A DNA stretch of 64,000 bases, from NCBI GenBank assembly GCA_030704615.1, contig CM060732.1:25234001-25298000 (forward strand), in the 5' to 3' direction. The notes below the pieces were generated by a model that saw only the letters and a list, made by a program, of their open reading frames with translations, did not search any database and was not told the origin of the DNA. The stretch is from Takakia lepidozioides. Taxonomy: Eukaryota; Plantae; Bryophyta. A program made the position numbers and the translations under genes. Shown in pieces: positions 32,540 to 45,248 of this stretch (positions are counted from its first letter, which is position 1; every line of letters begins with the position of its first letter).

Positions 32540-35357
32540 TGAGCATGGGCGGCAAACAACGTCTTATGAGTACATTCTCTCTCTCTCTACCCTGCCCAGG
32601 CCCTTTTGGGGTCTAGTAATTGGGCAAAGCGCGCACAGCAGATGGATGTTTGTCTGAAGGGATTTCTAGAGGATCTCTGGAAATCTTGGATCAATTGTCT
32701 GTTTCAAGGTAAGTTATACTAGCGTCAGCCCCTGACAAAGGTAGTTTCTGTGCCTTCGTGTTCCGCTCAAACTGGGCGCAGGTTCAATGGCCACAAGGCT
32801 ACAGCAAACAACGTCTTATGAGTACATTCCGTCTGCCCTGCACACAACCCAGAGTGATGGGCAGATGACTTCCCCTTGCATGTCATTTCTGTGGTGAACG
32901 CAAAACTATAATCAATAACTCCACAACCGGGTTGTTGAGTTTGCATGCAGACAAGTGCCTAATGGCATTTGGGGGAAAATAAGTATATACCTGCAGCTGA
33001 GCTGCGGGGATAAGCTAAACCCTGGTGGCTACAAAAGGCTCTGGAGGGTTAGTTTCCCGCGGGGTCGATGGCCGTAAGGCTATGGCAAGCCAGTGTCCAC
33101 AGAGAAAAGGCATGAGTCCTTTCTCTCTCTCTCTCTGCGTGCATTCATTTGGCCTGGTTTTCTGTGGCTGTCATGTATTCTTGTCCAATAGGTCTTTGGG
33201 CTTACAGCTGATCCTTTCTTGTCTTCTCTCTTGCACTGATATCTAAAGTCCATGTCTTCACCTTCTATGTGATCCTGGAAGCATTGCTACCAGAACCCTC
33301 TTTCTGCCAGCCTGCATGCTATGCACTAGTTGTGCAATTTGCGCACTGTGGTATGGCCGTAGCTATTTGTAGACCAATCCACAACTCGATGGAAATCAAG
33401 AGGCAATTGTACGATGTCTGGTGGTCTTTTGCAGGCAAGAATGTGCATGCACACCTGTACATTATTTTGTAATTTTGTCGATGCAAAGATCAGGGAGTGG
33501 ATGGTTTGAGACGCTCCTGAACAACCACCCAAACATAAGCTCACATGGTGAAATTTTCTCACTGAAGAGTCGGCGGGAGAATTTCAGTACCATTGCAGAG
33601 ACACTGGATGCTGTCTACAACCTTGACTGGCACAGTAGTGCTGCTAAGAATGAGTGCACTGCGGCTGTCGGTCTGAAATGGATGCTAAATCAGGTATTTC
33701 AGGTTTCCAGTGATCAGGAAATAATCATTTGCATTTATGGCATGCTGAGTCCGTCAACTGACCACTGGTTGTGGACTGACTGATTAATCAGGTATGTGAT
33801 AACTGTGTCAGTATCAATTGTACTTTCTATCATGTAGTTCTTGGCCATGGAAGGAATAGAGGCTCTAATGTCCAGTTGGAAACTGCCTGATACAAGGAAG
33901 GGTTGGTATTCAATTAATTCCCTTCAATGTCAACGCTTTATTTGCATTCTGAGGTCTGTTACAGTTTATGGACTGCTGTGAAAGACACAGTGGACCCTTT
34001 ATTGACAAGTTTCTTTATCCTTTCTCGTGTCTCTCAAATATTTTGGATTGCGGCAATGGCAGGGAGCAATGGAGTACAACAGAGAGGTGGGGGGATATTT
34101 TCAGAGGCAGGGCGTTTCTGTGATACTGTTACTCCGACGAAATATGCTGAAGCGCTTTATCTCCATCTTGGCCAATGCTTATGACCGACAAGCGAAGCCT
34201 TTAAATGGCACCCATAAGTCGCATGTGCATTCCAAGGAGGAGGTCTCTCTCTCTTCTCTTTCTCTCCGGGCCTCGCTGGATGCAATATTGCTTTCTGTTT
34301 TCTGTGTTTTCTCTCTTCAAGCAACTGGCCCAGTGGTTAGGCAGCTGAGAAAGTGTCTGTGAGTTAAGGTCCATACAAAGTGTATGCTGGTTTTTATCCG
34401 ATATAGCCAACCCAGCTATATGAGATCACCTTGTGGAGGCTTTCTGGCTAGACCGGGTGTTACACACCTTGGGAAAGTTGACAAGCTGTAGACTAATGAG
34501 CCCCTGACGAATTGGGCCACCGTGTGAGAAAAATGGCACTTTGAATGTGCCCTACCTCACAACCCAGGATCTGGCTCTATTATTTTTGCTTTTCTCTTGT
34601 CTTTTTTCGTGATCATCTGGGGCAAATCTGATTACATTTCAATATGCCAAAGCTGATATCTATACAATCCAGTAGGGCTGGAACTGCTTGACTGGTTCTG
34701 AGATGAAATTTTTCTCACCTCTGACTAAGCTTTGGTTGGTTGCAGGCAAAAACATTGGCAGAGTATAGACCAACTATAAATATTCAACACTTGCCCAGGA
34801 ATTTGCAGCGTGTCCAGGAGATAGCAAGTGATGCTCAACATTTTTTCAACATCACCCGACTTGCACTTGTGTTCTATGAGGACTTGATGAAGAACCCTCG
34901 GGTAAGCCCCCAGCTCTTCTGCTTAACGTGGGGTAAGGATGACACTGTTGGCAGAGCTTGGGATCTGAGGCATTTCTTCTTCTCCTCCTTTCTGGAAGTG
35001 GATTGCTGTCAGCTCTTTATGAGCACTAGAGTGATTTCAGGCCAAGTTTGCATACCCCAGTGGATGAAAACCACTACCAGCCTTGGCAATTTAGTCTCCT
35101 ATACAATTCATAAGCAAATATATATCACAGGAGGGTTCTCTATGACCCCCTACTAAGTTGCTTGTCTGATAGGCCCGCAGAGCATGGAGGAAGTGCAAGC
35201 GTTCCTCGGGGTGGAGCCAAGAAAACTGGAGAGCCGGCAAGTGAAAATTCACACACGGCCCTTGAAGGAACAGATAATGAATTGGGATGGGGTTTGGACA
35301 CGCCTTAAAGGCACCAAGTTTGAGAGTTTTCTCAAGGATGAGGATTATAGCACATAG
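32217..35357 (+). CDS. Type II membrane sulfotransferase-family (NodH-like, P-loop) protein; spliced
   Basis: Exons ~32223-32464 (TM helix FMLVVVGVCGIYVC), 33435-33693 (FVILSMQRSGSGWFETLLNNHPNISSHGEIF, PAPS-binding loop), 34063-34242, 34746-34901 (VFYEDL) and 35181-35357 (VKIHTRPLKEQIMNW...TAG). A possible upstream coding exon lies at 32075-32167, so the start is uncertain. Confidence 0.88.
32590..32828 (+). mobile_element. 5'-truncated LINE 3' end in sulfotransferase intron, flanked by (CT)n
   Basis: Matches the end of the 58982-63015 LINE and ends GGCCACAAGGCTACAGCAAACAACGTCTTATGAGTACATT. It is preceded by (CT)n and a second tail copy at 32552-32576. Confidence 0.8.
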
Positions 35358-37994
35358 AAGGAAAATAGCTTTATCCGAAACCCTTGGGGAGTTGCACGTT
35401 TGCATGTGTAAACCCACAGCTCTTTGGGTTAAGACCCTCATCATTGTTTCTCCTATCTTTAGATAAGGGGTGCCATCTTGTTCAGCGATCGCTGAAAGGG
35501 TACTGAAAGGATCCACCAAAATTTTGGTTGAATTCGATCTGTTGTTACACCTTTTGCTCTCCTCCCTGTTGCACGGCCCTAGGGAAGCTGTAATTCGAGT
35601 CAAACATATGTGCAGGGCTGTTCATTCACCAATCATTCGTATATGTTTGTCAGCTCAAACTTCCATCCGCAACGCTTTTTACACTACGCAACAAAATTGC
35701 GATCATTGTCGCAGACATTGCGCTCAATCACCAACTGTGTATGCAGGTGCCTGAATTGATGCTCGCAAACAAACAATCGAACAAACAAGAATGTGCCATG
35801 TTTAGGTGTACAAAGCGCGATTGTCAGACGCACCTCGCGAATCCCTCCTCTCAATCGCTTCTACACTCGGGTTCATCACCGCCCTCATCATCACCCGCAC
35901 GCAACTTTGTGTTCCCTGCAAACCGAGGCCATTGGCTGCACCGGGACCGAGTCAAAGCGGGAGTCCCTCTCTCGCGACGATCATCGGCATCACCTCCACG
36001 TCAACGTCATGTCAGAACTCTACTCCTTATCTTACTTGTGAGGATGCAATCCATCCGTTAGATGAAAAATATCGGTGGTGGGTGTGTCATTCATCCGTTG
36101 TCAAACGGCGCCACCTGTCTTATCTACCGATTTACCCCAGCCATCAATGCATCTCAGCCGCCGATGTGGGGATGGCTGACGCGCAGCCACGTCGAAGGCT
36201 GGCAAAACGTAAGTGCAACCAGTATTGGGATAATTGAAATGGGCCACACATTTAATTTCGCCTGGGGTACAGCGCCCCATTCCCCAATACAATAAATTGC
36301 TGCTGTGGGATGAAAATGGGGTGACATGGCAAGTGATTGGGCTCATCATTATCCCATATCGTTTGCATACATCCAAAGCGCCATCAATGTGTATATATAG
36401 CAGGGCCAGTCACACATCACTCAGGTCCCATACTGTTTCCCGGATGATATATTCGTCCGGCCGAGTGGATGAATGAGAAGGAGAGCAGTCATCCTCCATA
36501 CATGACCTGCCTACGTAAGGCTGCATGGGAATGGCCCTGCTACGTGGCACATTCGGTCGTACCTGGTTACATTTCAACCGTGGGTCGGTCCGACTCGGAC
36601 CTGAGGGTGAGCAGATATAGGTAGAAGCTAGAGTAGGATTGTTGACTAGTAAAAGTGGGTAGTTGACCGACTAACAGCCACGCATTAGTGAGTAGTAACT
36701 ACAGTAAGCGGCTAGGTTCTGGCGGAGGCTCTGTCGGAGGAAGGCTTGGTTAATTTTAGTGTGAGAGTGCATCACTAACTTAACGGGTGACTAACTGCGT
36801 GTAGTTAGTGAGGAGGGGAGGGAAGGGTGCTAACCAGGGTGGGTTGGGTGGTGGGGGTGGTTAAGATAACCAGGTGGGGTTAGGGTAACCCGGGGGGGAG
36901 ATGACAAAGGGAATAAGCCCAGGCTCTCCAGTGCGCTCGTCGCCAGCGGTTGGGCCCTACCCGTCTCTCTCGCTCGCTGCGCTGCGATCTCATTGCAGGC
37001 CAAGATCGCAAGCTTGGCGATTCGGTTTGGAGTGGTGTTGGTTGCGCTGCGCTGCGGGGTGGGGGGGGGAGGGGGTGGTTGTGTCGGGGGGGAGGATTTC
37101 GGGGGTTTTGATGTGGTGTTGGGAGCTCAATTTTGAGGAGTAGTTTTTGGGGGAAGTTTGGTTGTGTGTGAGAGAAGCTTGGCAGGGAGTGGTTTTTGTT
37201 AAAAAATAATAGGTTAGGCGTGTAGAAGGAGTGGCGTTGGCGTGCCTGTTGAGGATACGGGAATCGGTATCGCTGGATTGGATTGGTCGGGGGGGAAGGT
37301 CTGGGAATTGAGATCCTTGGAGAGATGGAGCTAGCTTTCTGAGGTCTAAGGGAGAATTTCAAATTGTTGTGGAATTCTGTTTGAATGTAGTTGAAGGAAA
37401 GGTGGTCTGTGAGGAGAAGATTGCAAGTGAGAGAGAGGAAGAGACAGGCAAGGCCAAAAAGCAGGGAGGATGGTGGCGTTTTTTATGTGAAATTCGAGCG
37501 TGGAGGAGTCAGAGAAACACAAGTAGAAACAGAGACCATGAGTCATGATGAATTTAAAGAAACGCAGGAGACGACGAACCGACAAATGTAAAGGCCTCAT
37601 GCCGACATCTCTCCTGTTTAGACAAAGCATGATGACAAGGACTTTCCATTGACTTGCGATATAAAAGAGCCTCGTCAACATAGTTCATATCCTCTAGTTA
37701 TATGTAGCTACCGAGAGAATGAGGCCTTCTATGAGGCGGAAAGGATTTCACAGAGTCTTAAGGGCCAGGCCATCCTTTCTTTCTCCCTTCAAGTGGAATT
37801 CCATGTGCTTTAGTGCCTCCTAAACCCTCCCCTCGATTCTGCCCTTGCAGAGTGTTGGTTGGCGTCCTTTGTCTCTTTTCCAACTGTCTCCTTTCTGTCT
37901 CCGGTGTGTATTTAAGCTGTTGTGCTTCCAAACGAGGCTGTCACTGTGAGCGAATACTGGAAGCGCAGGGAGGACGGAGACACAGGTTGGCGCG

Positions 37995-39638
37995 ATGATA
38001 CTTCTGGCGATGGGGCAGGGAAAATCCTACAAGGAGTCTCTCAAGTCATTAGAAGCGGACATCCAACATGCCAATACGTTGTAAGCCCTTCTTCCTCTCC
38101 TCCCCTTTTGCAGTGTCATAAAGGTCTAGCCCGTCTGTCTTAACTCTCCGACGTAGCGTTGGTTTCTTCCCGGATGGAGCTCTAAATTGAGGAAGTCGAA
38201 GTGATTTTCCGGTAGAGAAGTGAAATCTGTCAGACACCCACCAGCGCTTAGGTTGATAAATCGAATTGGTATACAAAGTTGGAAATATCGCTGTGGGTGA
38301 TAAAACCAGGAACGACGATTAGCAAATTTTTAGACTTTGTATCGAGGAACGTTATTTTCTGGCTTCGGGGATGTCAATCCACCCTCCCAATCCAAAAGTC
38401 GCCCACCCTCCCACTTTTCATAAAGCAAGGCTTTCACCTAGTTCATGGTTGCCCATGGAAGGACTACTATTCTGTAAGGATTCCAGCTAATGACTAGGAA
38501 CTATTTAGGTCATGGTACCTTAGTACAACTGTCTTCAAAGTTTTGGTTTTGTTTGCCCAGCGAGGATGCCTGTGCCTTCCAGCACCTCTGTGATTGGGTG
38601 ACCCCTTGCACACTACAAAGCCACACATTCTTTTGTAATTGAATTGCATTGAGGGTTGCCAATTCAATAGATTTGAACTAATGCCTAGAATGGTGGCCAG
38701 TGTGCCAATGCCTGTACCACTCGTTCAATCAAATTATAAGCAGTTGTATAAAATTGCAGAGAGCTCATCTGTCTGCCCTCCATGTTGATTAGCACTGTGT
38801 GAAATTGGTCTGCTATGGTATAGCAGCTTTAACTGGTAGGTTCAGGGTTTAGGCTTATAGATTAGTGAGGCAGATAAACTGGTGGAATGGAAGGGAGAGT
38901 GTTCTCATTCCCTTTACTGACTTTCTAGAGTGGAGGGGAGGTTTTTTGAGAGAGTCCACCTGGAAGCTGGAAGTCATTAATGGAGAGGAGTGGCAAGCTC
39001 ATTCAGGAGACACCCTGAAAGCAGGGAATCTCGTGCTACATTGTGCTTCCATCACCTCTCTCTGCTCTTGGCTGTTTGGCCATTCCAAGACACGTGGCTT
39101 GAGTAGCCTGTATTGAAATCTGTGCAGTGGAAGGTGGAACTACCGTAAATATGCATTGTCACTTTGTGAGTCGAATTGCTTGCAAGATCTATCGTCCTCT
39201 TTTTCACAGCCTGACCTAAGCACTTAGGGACCTGCACCTTCCTCTAGCTTATCTTGTTACTGTCTTTGCACATACCATTGAGTAGTATTTGCATGTCATG
39301 GGTGACCAGTTACACGTACACCTCTCTAAACTATGTCTGTTGCAGTTTGCAAGGAGAACTAATTGTTCGGGAGAGCTTAATTGTTACACTTGTGCATACT
39401 ATGGAAGTCATTTATTTTGTCATGAACCTGTGCTTTGTCCAATATTCTGATGTCCTGACTGTTTACATGATTGTCACAGAGCATCAGAATTTCCAAGGGA
39501 CTATGATGGTGCGTGCCTACAAATGAGACTGGCATACAGCCCTGCAGCCCACTTTCTTTTGTTCCTGGTGCGCTGGACTGATTGCAGTCTGGCTGGTGCC
39601 TTGGGCCTTCTCCGCATTCTTATCTACAAGGTCTCCTT

Positions 39639-39673
<35 letters not shown>

Positions 39674-41948
39674 AGCAATGTCTTATGACAAAACACACAC
39701 ACTCTCTCTCTCTCTCCCGCACCGGGGCTGGTGACCACAAGGCTTCAGCAAATTGCAGACACACTGTCCTCTGTGTTCTCTATCACTGTCATACAATTTG
39801 GAGCATTATATCGACAGCACATTAATGGAAGTACCTAAGCGGGGTAGTTCGATGATTACTATCTACCACATACCATACACTGACAGATAGAACAGTGGAA
39901 TGAAATGAATGCAGGTGTACATGGATGGGACCACGACAATGACTACACATGAGAGAAAGGCTAGTCTTCGTGAGTTCTATGGTATGTGACTTCCTGTTCT
40001 CTTGAATAGACAATCATAATGTCTTTCATTTTGATGCTGGAAGCTACCTGGTCAAAGTAGAGGTGCTGAAGCAGAGACTGCAAGACTGATGGCATTGTGA
40101 CTACAAAACCGTAGTGACTGCAAGTTTCAACTTCCTCTTTTTCTCCGTTTGCCGCATTCGCAGCAAGGGTAGTCGACCACAGAGCACAATGGACTTCCCC
40201 TGCCAGTGGACTGTGACTTGCTGTGGCTGAGCATTGAGCCTGTGTCCGCTCAAAAATATTCTCAATGTCTTGGGGACGTTTTTGTCATCCTTAAAGCTAG
40301 AGTCTAAAAGTGGGACCGATGTAATGTAGGGGGATGCCAAGCAGATGGATATACAGGTCTACAACCGGGTCTAGTTCAAATGAAGCCAAAATGGGCAGAT
40401 CCTTCCCGTTCTTCCTGACGTGATGTTTGTGAGACGAGAACTTTGTTGTCAGTTCGAAGAATGCATGTTGAGCTCAATGACATGCCGACATAAATCGGAG
40501 ATCCCATATGTTGAACTTGGCTCAGTTTGATGAACTGATCTGATTTGAGATGCCAACTGGCGAATCCTTCCTGATGTTCCTGATGTCAGTGATACAAGGT
40601 ATCCTTTATCATGGTGAAGGGCAACATATGTGCAGCTCGATAAGATTACCGAGATGGATTGTGGAGATCTTGTTGCACTTCCCACAGTCTGATGTGGCTT
40701 TCAGGCCTTTCAAAGTCTACAAGTTATGGGAATGACAGGAAACGTATGTGGGGGAATGTGTTTGCAGCATACATCTACCCCTCGCTGCAGCAGCTCCAGG
40801 GTGGTATCTCAGAGATGGAGGATATGAAGCAAAAGGCAGTGTGCCAGGAGCGTTATAAGAAGAAGGTTGATGAAGAACGGGGCCACATGTCAGAGTTGGA
40901 TCTGGAGCGTGAGCAGGAGTGTGGCATATGCATGGAGACCAACACCAAGATTGCGCTCCCTGACTGCAACCATGCCATGTGCCTCAAGTGCTATCGTGAA
41001 TGGTGGGTTGTCCTGCCTCTGCCTCTTCCCATTTTCTCTCTTGGTTTCCAGCAAAGCAATCCAGTTGTGATCAAGTGTGTGGGTGTATATTATCCTTCTA
41101 GTCGTTTCTTGTGTAGAGGGCGAAACAGAGGATATGCTGCACAGCAGAATGCTTGTAGTGAGGCTTATTCTTGTTGAGGACTTTCTCATGTTGACCAAAA
41201 AATATAGGGATAAGAAAGAACAAGGAACTAGCGTGTGGGTGTGAGAAAAGGCGCATTGGTCTGTGTGCGTGCTTTCTGAGGAAAATCATGTGGGTATATG
41301 TCTGTATCTCTCTACATGTGTAGATGGGTGTGTGTGTGTGTGTGTGCTGGAGAGAAAGAAAGAAATAAGAAAATATCTTCAGAATGCCCACTGAACTTGT
41401 GGGACAAGAAAGAGCTTTCGAGGGAATTCAGGGTATATCCTCTATATCATAATCCCAGTGGGATCGTAAACTTTCAGAACAAGTTTCAGTGTTTGTAACC
41501 CGAAGGGCATGTAACTTACCCTGAAATTGCCGTGTTGCGTGAGCACAGTTTCCAGCGATCTAGTGCTGAATTAAGGGCTTGGTCTGACACCAAGTAAAGA
41601 CTACAGATGTTGATGCCAGAACTGATAGTAAGCCCTATACCTTAACTCCCAGAGTCACCCTGTAGGGAACACACTGAGAGGAGGGAGAGTGAACTGTACA
41701 GCTGATTTGCAAGCGGCGGGACAATTGATGCAAGCAGGCATTCACGGTCGCAGTCATGCCCGTTCTGCCGCGACAGTTTGAAGCGTGTGAACTCACGCGA
41801 TTTGTGGATCTTCACCGACTCAGGCGATGTCCAGGACATGGTCACACTTGCTCGTGACAACTTGCAGCGGCTTTTTATGTACATTGACAAATTGCCTCTC
41901 TTGGTCTCAGAGAGTGTGTTCGCTGTTTATGACGCCCATATCAAGTGA
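37995..41948 (+). CDS. AIRP2: AIRP2-like C3HC4 RING E3 ubiquitin ligase; 5 coding exons
   Basis: Exons 37995/38010-38080 (MGQGKSYKESLKSLEADIQHANTL), 39480-39630 (QMRLAYSPAAHFLLFLVRWTDC), 39915-39981, 40768-41002 (ECGICME..LPDCNHAMCLKCYREW) and 41738-41948 (SQSCPFCR...TGA). Splice phases are consistent. Confidence 0.93.
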
Positions 41949-43654
41949 TCATCGCCATCACATTGTGCTAAACCCCACTGAGATGATACCCCGCCACTTC
42001 TGGCCCCTTGAGCCTTTGGTGAAGCAAACATCTGCCTGCCCATAACACCAAAGGAAGAGCAGCATCCCTTCTACAGCCTTTCCCGGCTGCCATGGATTGC
42101 ATTATGCCCCTCCGTGTCAATATCCCGTGTTATGTTTGCGCTTATTGATGCAGGGTTAACAGGTCCTCTCTTTGAAGAGCTAAGGGGCTTCCAAAGTCAT
42201 GTACATAACACAAATGAGGGTCTCACCATCTAACCAGAGAATAAGACTCCCTTTAGAAAACACTAAGTGGAGGATTATCAAGTGGGCCTCTATGGATAAA
42301 TTATAAAAGCGGATGCACCCGGCTCTTGCACATTGCCAACTGCTCCAAGTTTTTTGGTCTTCAGCTCTCAGAACCCATACACTTTCTGAGGAAGTTAGGT
42401 GGACGCTACGTAGGCAGCCGGGCCTATTGCCATTAGTTACCACTTCTTTTGTGAAAGAAGTGACCTGAGACTTAATAAGTGACACCATTGCTTGTGCCGC
42501 GCTGTTTCTGCGCTCTTTGTACTGTGTGAAAAACCTACAAAGTGGTCTACTACTGAGGTCAGCCTTCTAAGGGCCATGCATATATGATGTTACTGGGTGG
42601 AAAGATGGTTTGGAGATGACTTGAGTAGCAGGTGCCAGGGCCCATATATATGGAAATTTTGCCAAATGCTGGACTTGATATGGAGCACAATACTTCTCAG
42701 TCATTTGTATAGTTTTTTAAACTAATTTGTGTGGCACATCCAGCATCAAAACACACATATTGTGAAAACTTCTGGTCAGTTTCTTTCAACATAGTTTCAT
42801 TGTGCTGAAATTAGTATCATAAACTTAACTGCCTGGACCACCACTGGTACTTCCATCAACTTCCCTAGCCACTGCTATTTGAGGTACTATAAAGACAGTA
42901 TACAGTTCGGCTTAACCCTTAACTTCCTACCCGACCCGTTGTCTGGAGGACCATCCTAACTTTTGCAGATGAACTTTTTCTACATTCATTTCTTCTGAGC
43001 ATTTGTAGCTGGCCCAGCTGCTGCAATTTATTGCATGCCATTTGGAGCAGCATGCGACCTCCAGATTTTTCTAAAGGGACATGGTTCAAAACTTTATTGG
43101 GTGGAGGGGAGTTGTCTGGAAACGTGGGCCCCCCTCATTGGGCCATTGAAGCATACCATGCCCAAACCGCAGGCCCAGCGCTGGTGCTTGGTCCAGTCGG
43201 AAAACCCTCCAGGAGGAGGGGTGTACTGGCTTGTCTCATGATTTCTGGACCTGTGGTGTGGAAAATGGCGAATTTCAAGTACTTTGGGTCGTTGGAAATT
43301 CATGAAAAATAGCAAAATGGGCTTTCCTGGGACAATGATTGGAGCCTCGTCAGGAGAGATATAAAGGTTCAAATCTGGTCGTAGGCTCTCTGGAAAATGA
43401 TTGGCCCTTCATTTCTCTTTTGTGCATGTGGATATAAATGTAAATTGGGTCATTTTAGAGTATTGGCGTTACAATACGTTTTGTAGTGTCATTGAGATCT
43501 CCCAAATCATGGGGCCTCTGGCCACGTTGGAAAGAAAATGATTAGACTTACATGACTTAGATGACATTGGACAGTTGTGCCGACAGCACGGGCTACCCTA
43601 GGACATTGATTGGAGCCTCAATAAGAGATATAATATCAATAACGATTGGATATA

Positions 43655-44352
43655 CCGTAGGTTCATAGCAGATTAGGCACAATTTTATTTATTTTTTAAA
43701 ATGCCTAAGCAAATCTGTGATTTTTCAAGATTTATGCCTAAAAAGTTGGAAAAATAATATGAAAGTGCCTAATTCAGTAAAATTGTCTAAAAAGATCCTA
43801 CTATATATAATTTCTATTGAAAACAAAAAAAAAAATGCTCCATAAATGTTCAGAAAGTATAGGCCAACTCCCTAGGTCCATACAACCTCCAAAGGACCTT
43901 CCAATGAGTCTCGAACATCCTACATATGCTCATCACTAAAGTCTTCATCCCCATTCAAGTCAGGTACATCTGAGTCTTCAATGTGCAAATTTCCAAGGCT
44001 CTTCACATGTGCTCTTCACCACCTCAACATCAAGATAGAAATCTGGTACCTTTGAGGAACTAAGAGTCGTTTCCACTTCCACTTGAGGAACTCTAGTTGT
44101 AAACAAAGGCTCGGACGCTATCTCCATTAGAAAAGACTTTTCTTTAGGGTTTGTCTTGGGGAAGAAGAGAGGGTACGTGAGACCTTTGGGGATGGAAGGA
44201 GAAGTTCCAAGTGATGAAAGGTGCCTAACATCAAAACTTATGGATGAAAAGTGTCTAATTTATATAAATCTTTTTTGAAAGTGCCTAAAATGAATATTCC
44301 AAATTTAATAATTATTAGGCGCTGGGGTGCCTAATCTGCTATGAACCTACGG
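43655..44352. mobile_element. Non-autonomous TIR DNA transposon, TA target duplication, perfect 26-bp TIRs
   Basis: TA|CCGTAGGTTCATAGCAGATTAGGCAC ... GTGCCTAATCTGCTATGAACCTACGG|TA. It has internal TGCCTAA repeats and a coding remnant homologous to that in 20941-21963. Confidence 0.9.
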
Positions 44353-44397
44353 TATTACGACTCAATAAATTCATGAAAAGGGAAAAATCGGGCCTTA

Positions 44398-44723
44398 ACA
44401 TGAGAGACGCACTTGGATATATAGGAGATTGCACACTGGGCTTAGATTGGCCTCCACATAGGAGACGCCACATGGAAGAGACCCTTGGATACATAGAAGA
44501 TTGCACTTGGGATTAGATGGGTCGACATAGGAGATGCACAAGGATACATAGGAAATTGCACTTGGTCTTAGATGTTAGTTCTTCACACATGGGCCAAAGG
44601 TATAGGCTGCCCTAGAGATCGCACTTGGGCCTCGACATAGGAGACGCAATTGGATACATAGGGGATTGCACTTGGACTTAGATGACATTGGACACTTGGG
44701 CCAACAGCACAAGCTACCCTAGT
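44398..44723 (+). repeat. Degenerate short tandem repeats
   Basis: Recurring CATAGGAGA(C/T)GCA..TTGGATACATAGGAGATTGCACTTGG..TTAGATG units. The end block duplicates 43553-43601. Confidence 0.7.
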
Positions 44724-45248
44724 ATAACTCAACGGTGTAAATTCTTAAAATTTGGGGAGATGGTGTAAAGGCCAAGTAGGCATGTATGTGTGCGGTCAAT
44801 TTTTGTGGATGAATGCTGGTAGGTGGTTAGCCTCCCGTTAGTTCCAAGGGGTAGTAATTTTTGGATGTGAAAAAATTCACCTTGTAGGAAGTTAAGGGTT
44901 AAGTGTGTGCTCAGAATTATTACCAAAATTGCATCAAGACCTAACTCGATGTCCAGCCCTTACCAGAACCAAAGCACTTTCTACATGCTTTCCGTCCAAG
45001 AAACTTGGGCCTCTATAAATCTCTCAAGGCCTGGGACAACCACAAAAGTGGAATTGTCCTCAGTATTGCATGATTCCATACTGGGGGCCAATGGTTGTTG
45101 CATAGAACTTGTTCAAAACTTGCCGAAACAGATGATTGTTGAGAACCTGGGTTTCCACCCTGAGTTTCAACTGCCTCTTCAACCAAGGGTAACCTATGGG
45201 CACTTCCATTTGTTCTCAATCACTCCCCCTCGCCTAAAAAGATGAAAC

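Noticed and set aside
32552-32830. 26-bp direct repeat as a target-site duplication
   Set aside because: The same sequence forms the 3' tail of the LINE at 58982, so it is element-derived rather than target-derived.
36480-37600. G/T-rich region with a proline-rich minus-strand ORF (36880-37362)
   Set aside because: Low-complexity, strand-biased sequence with no termini or domain identified.
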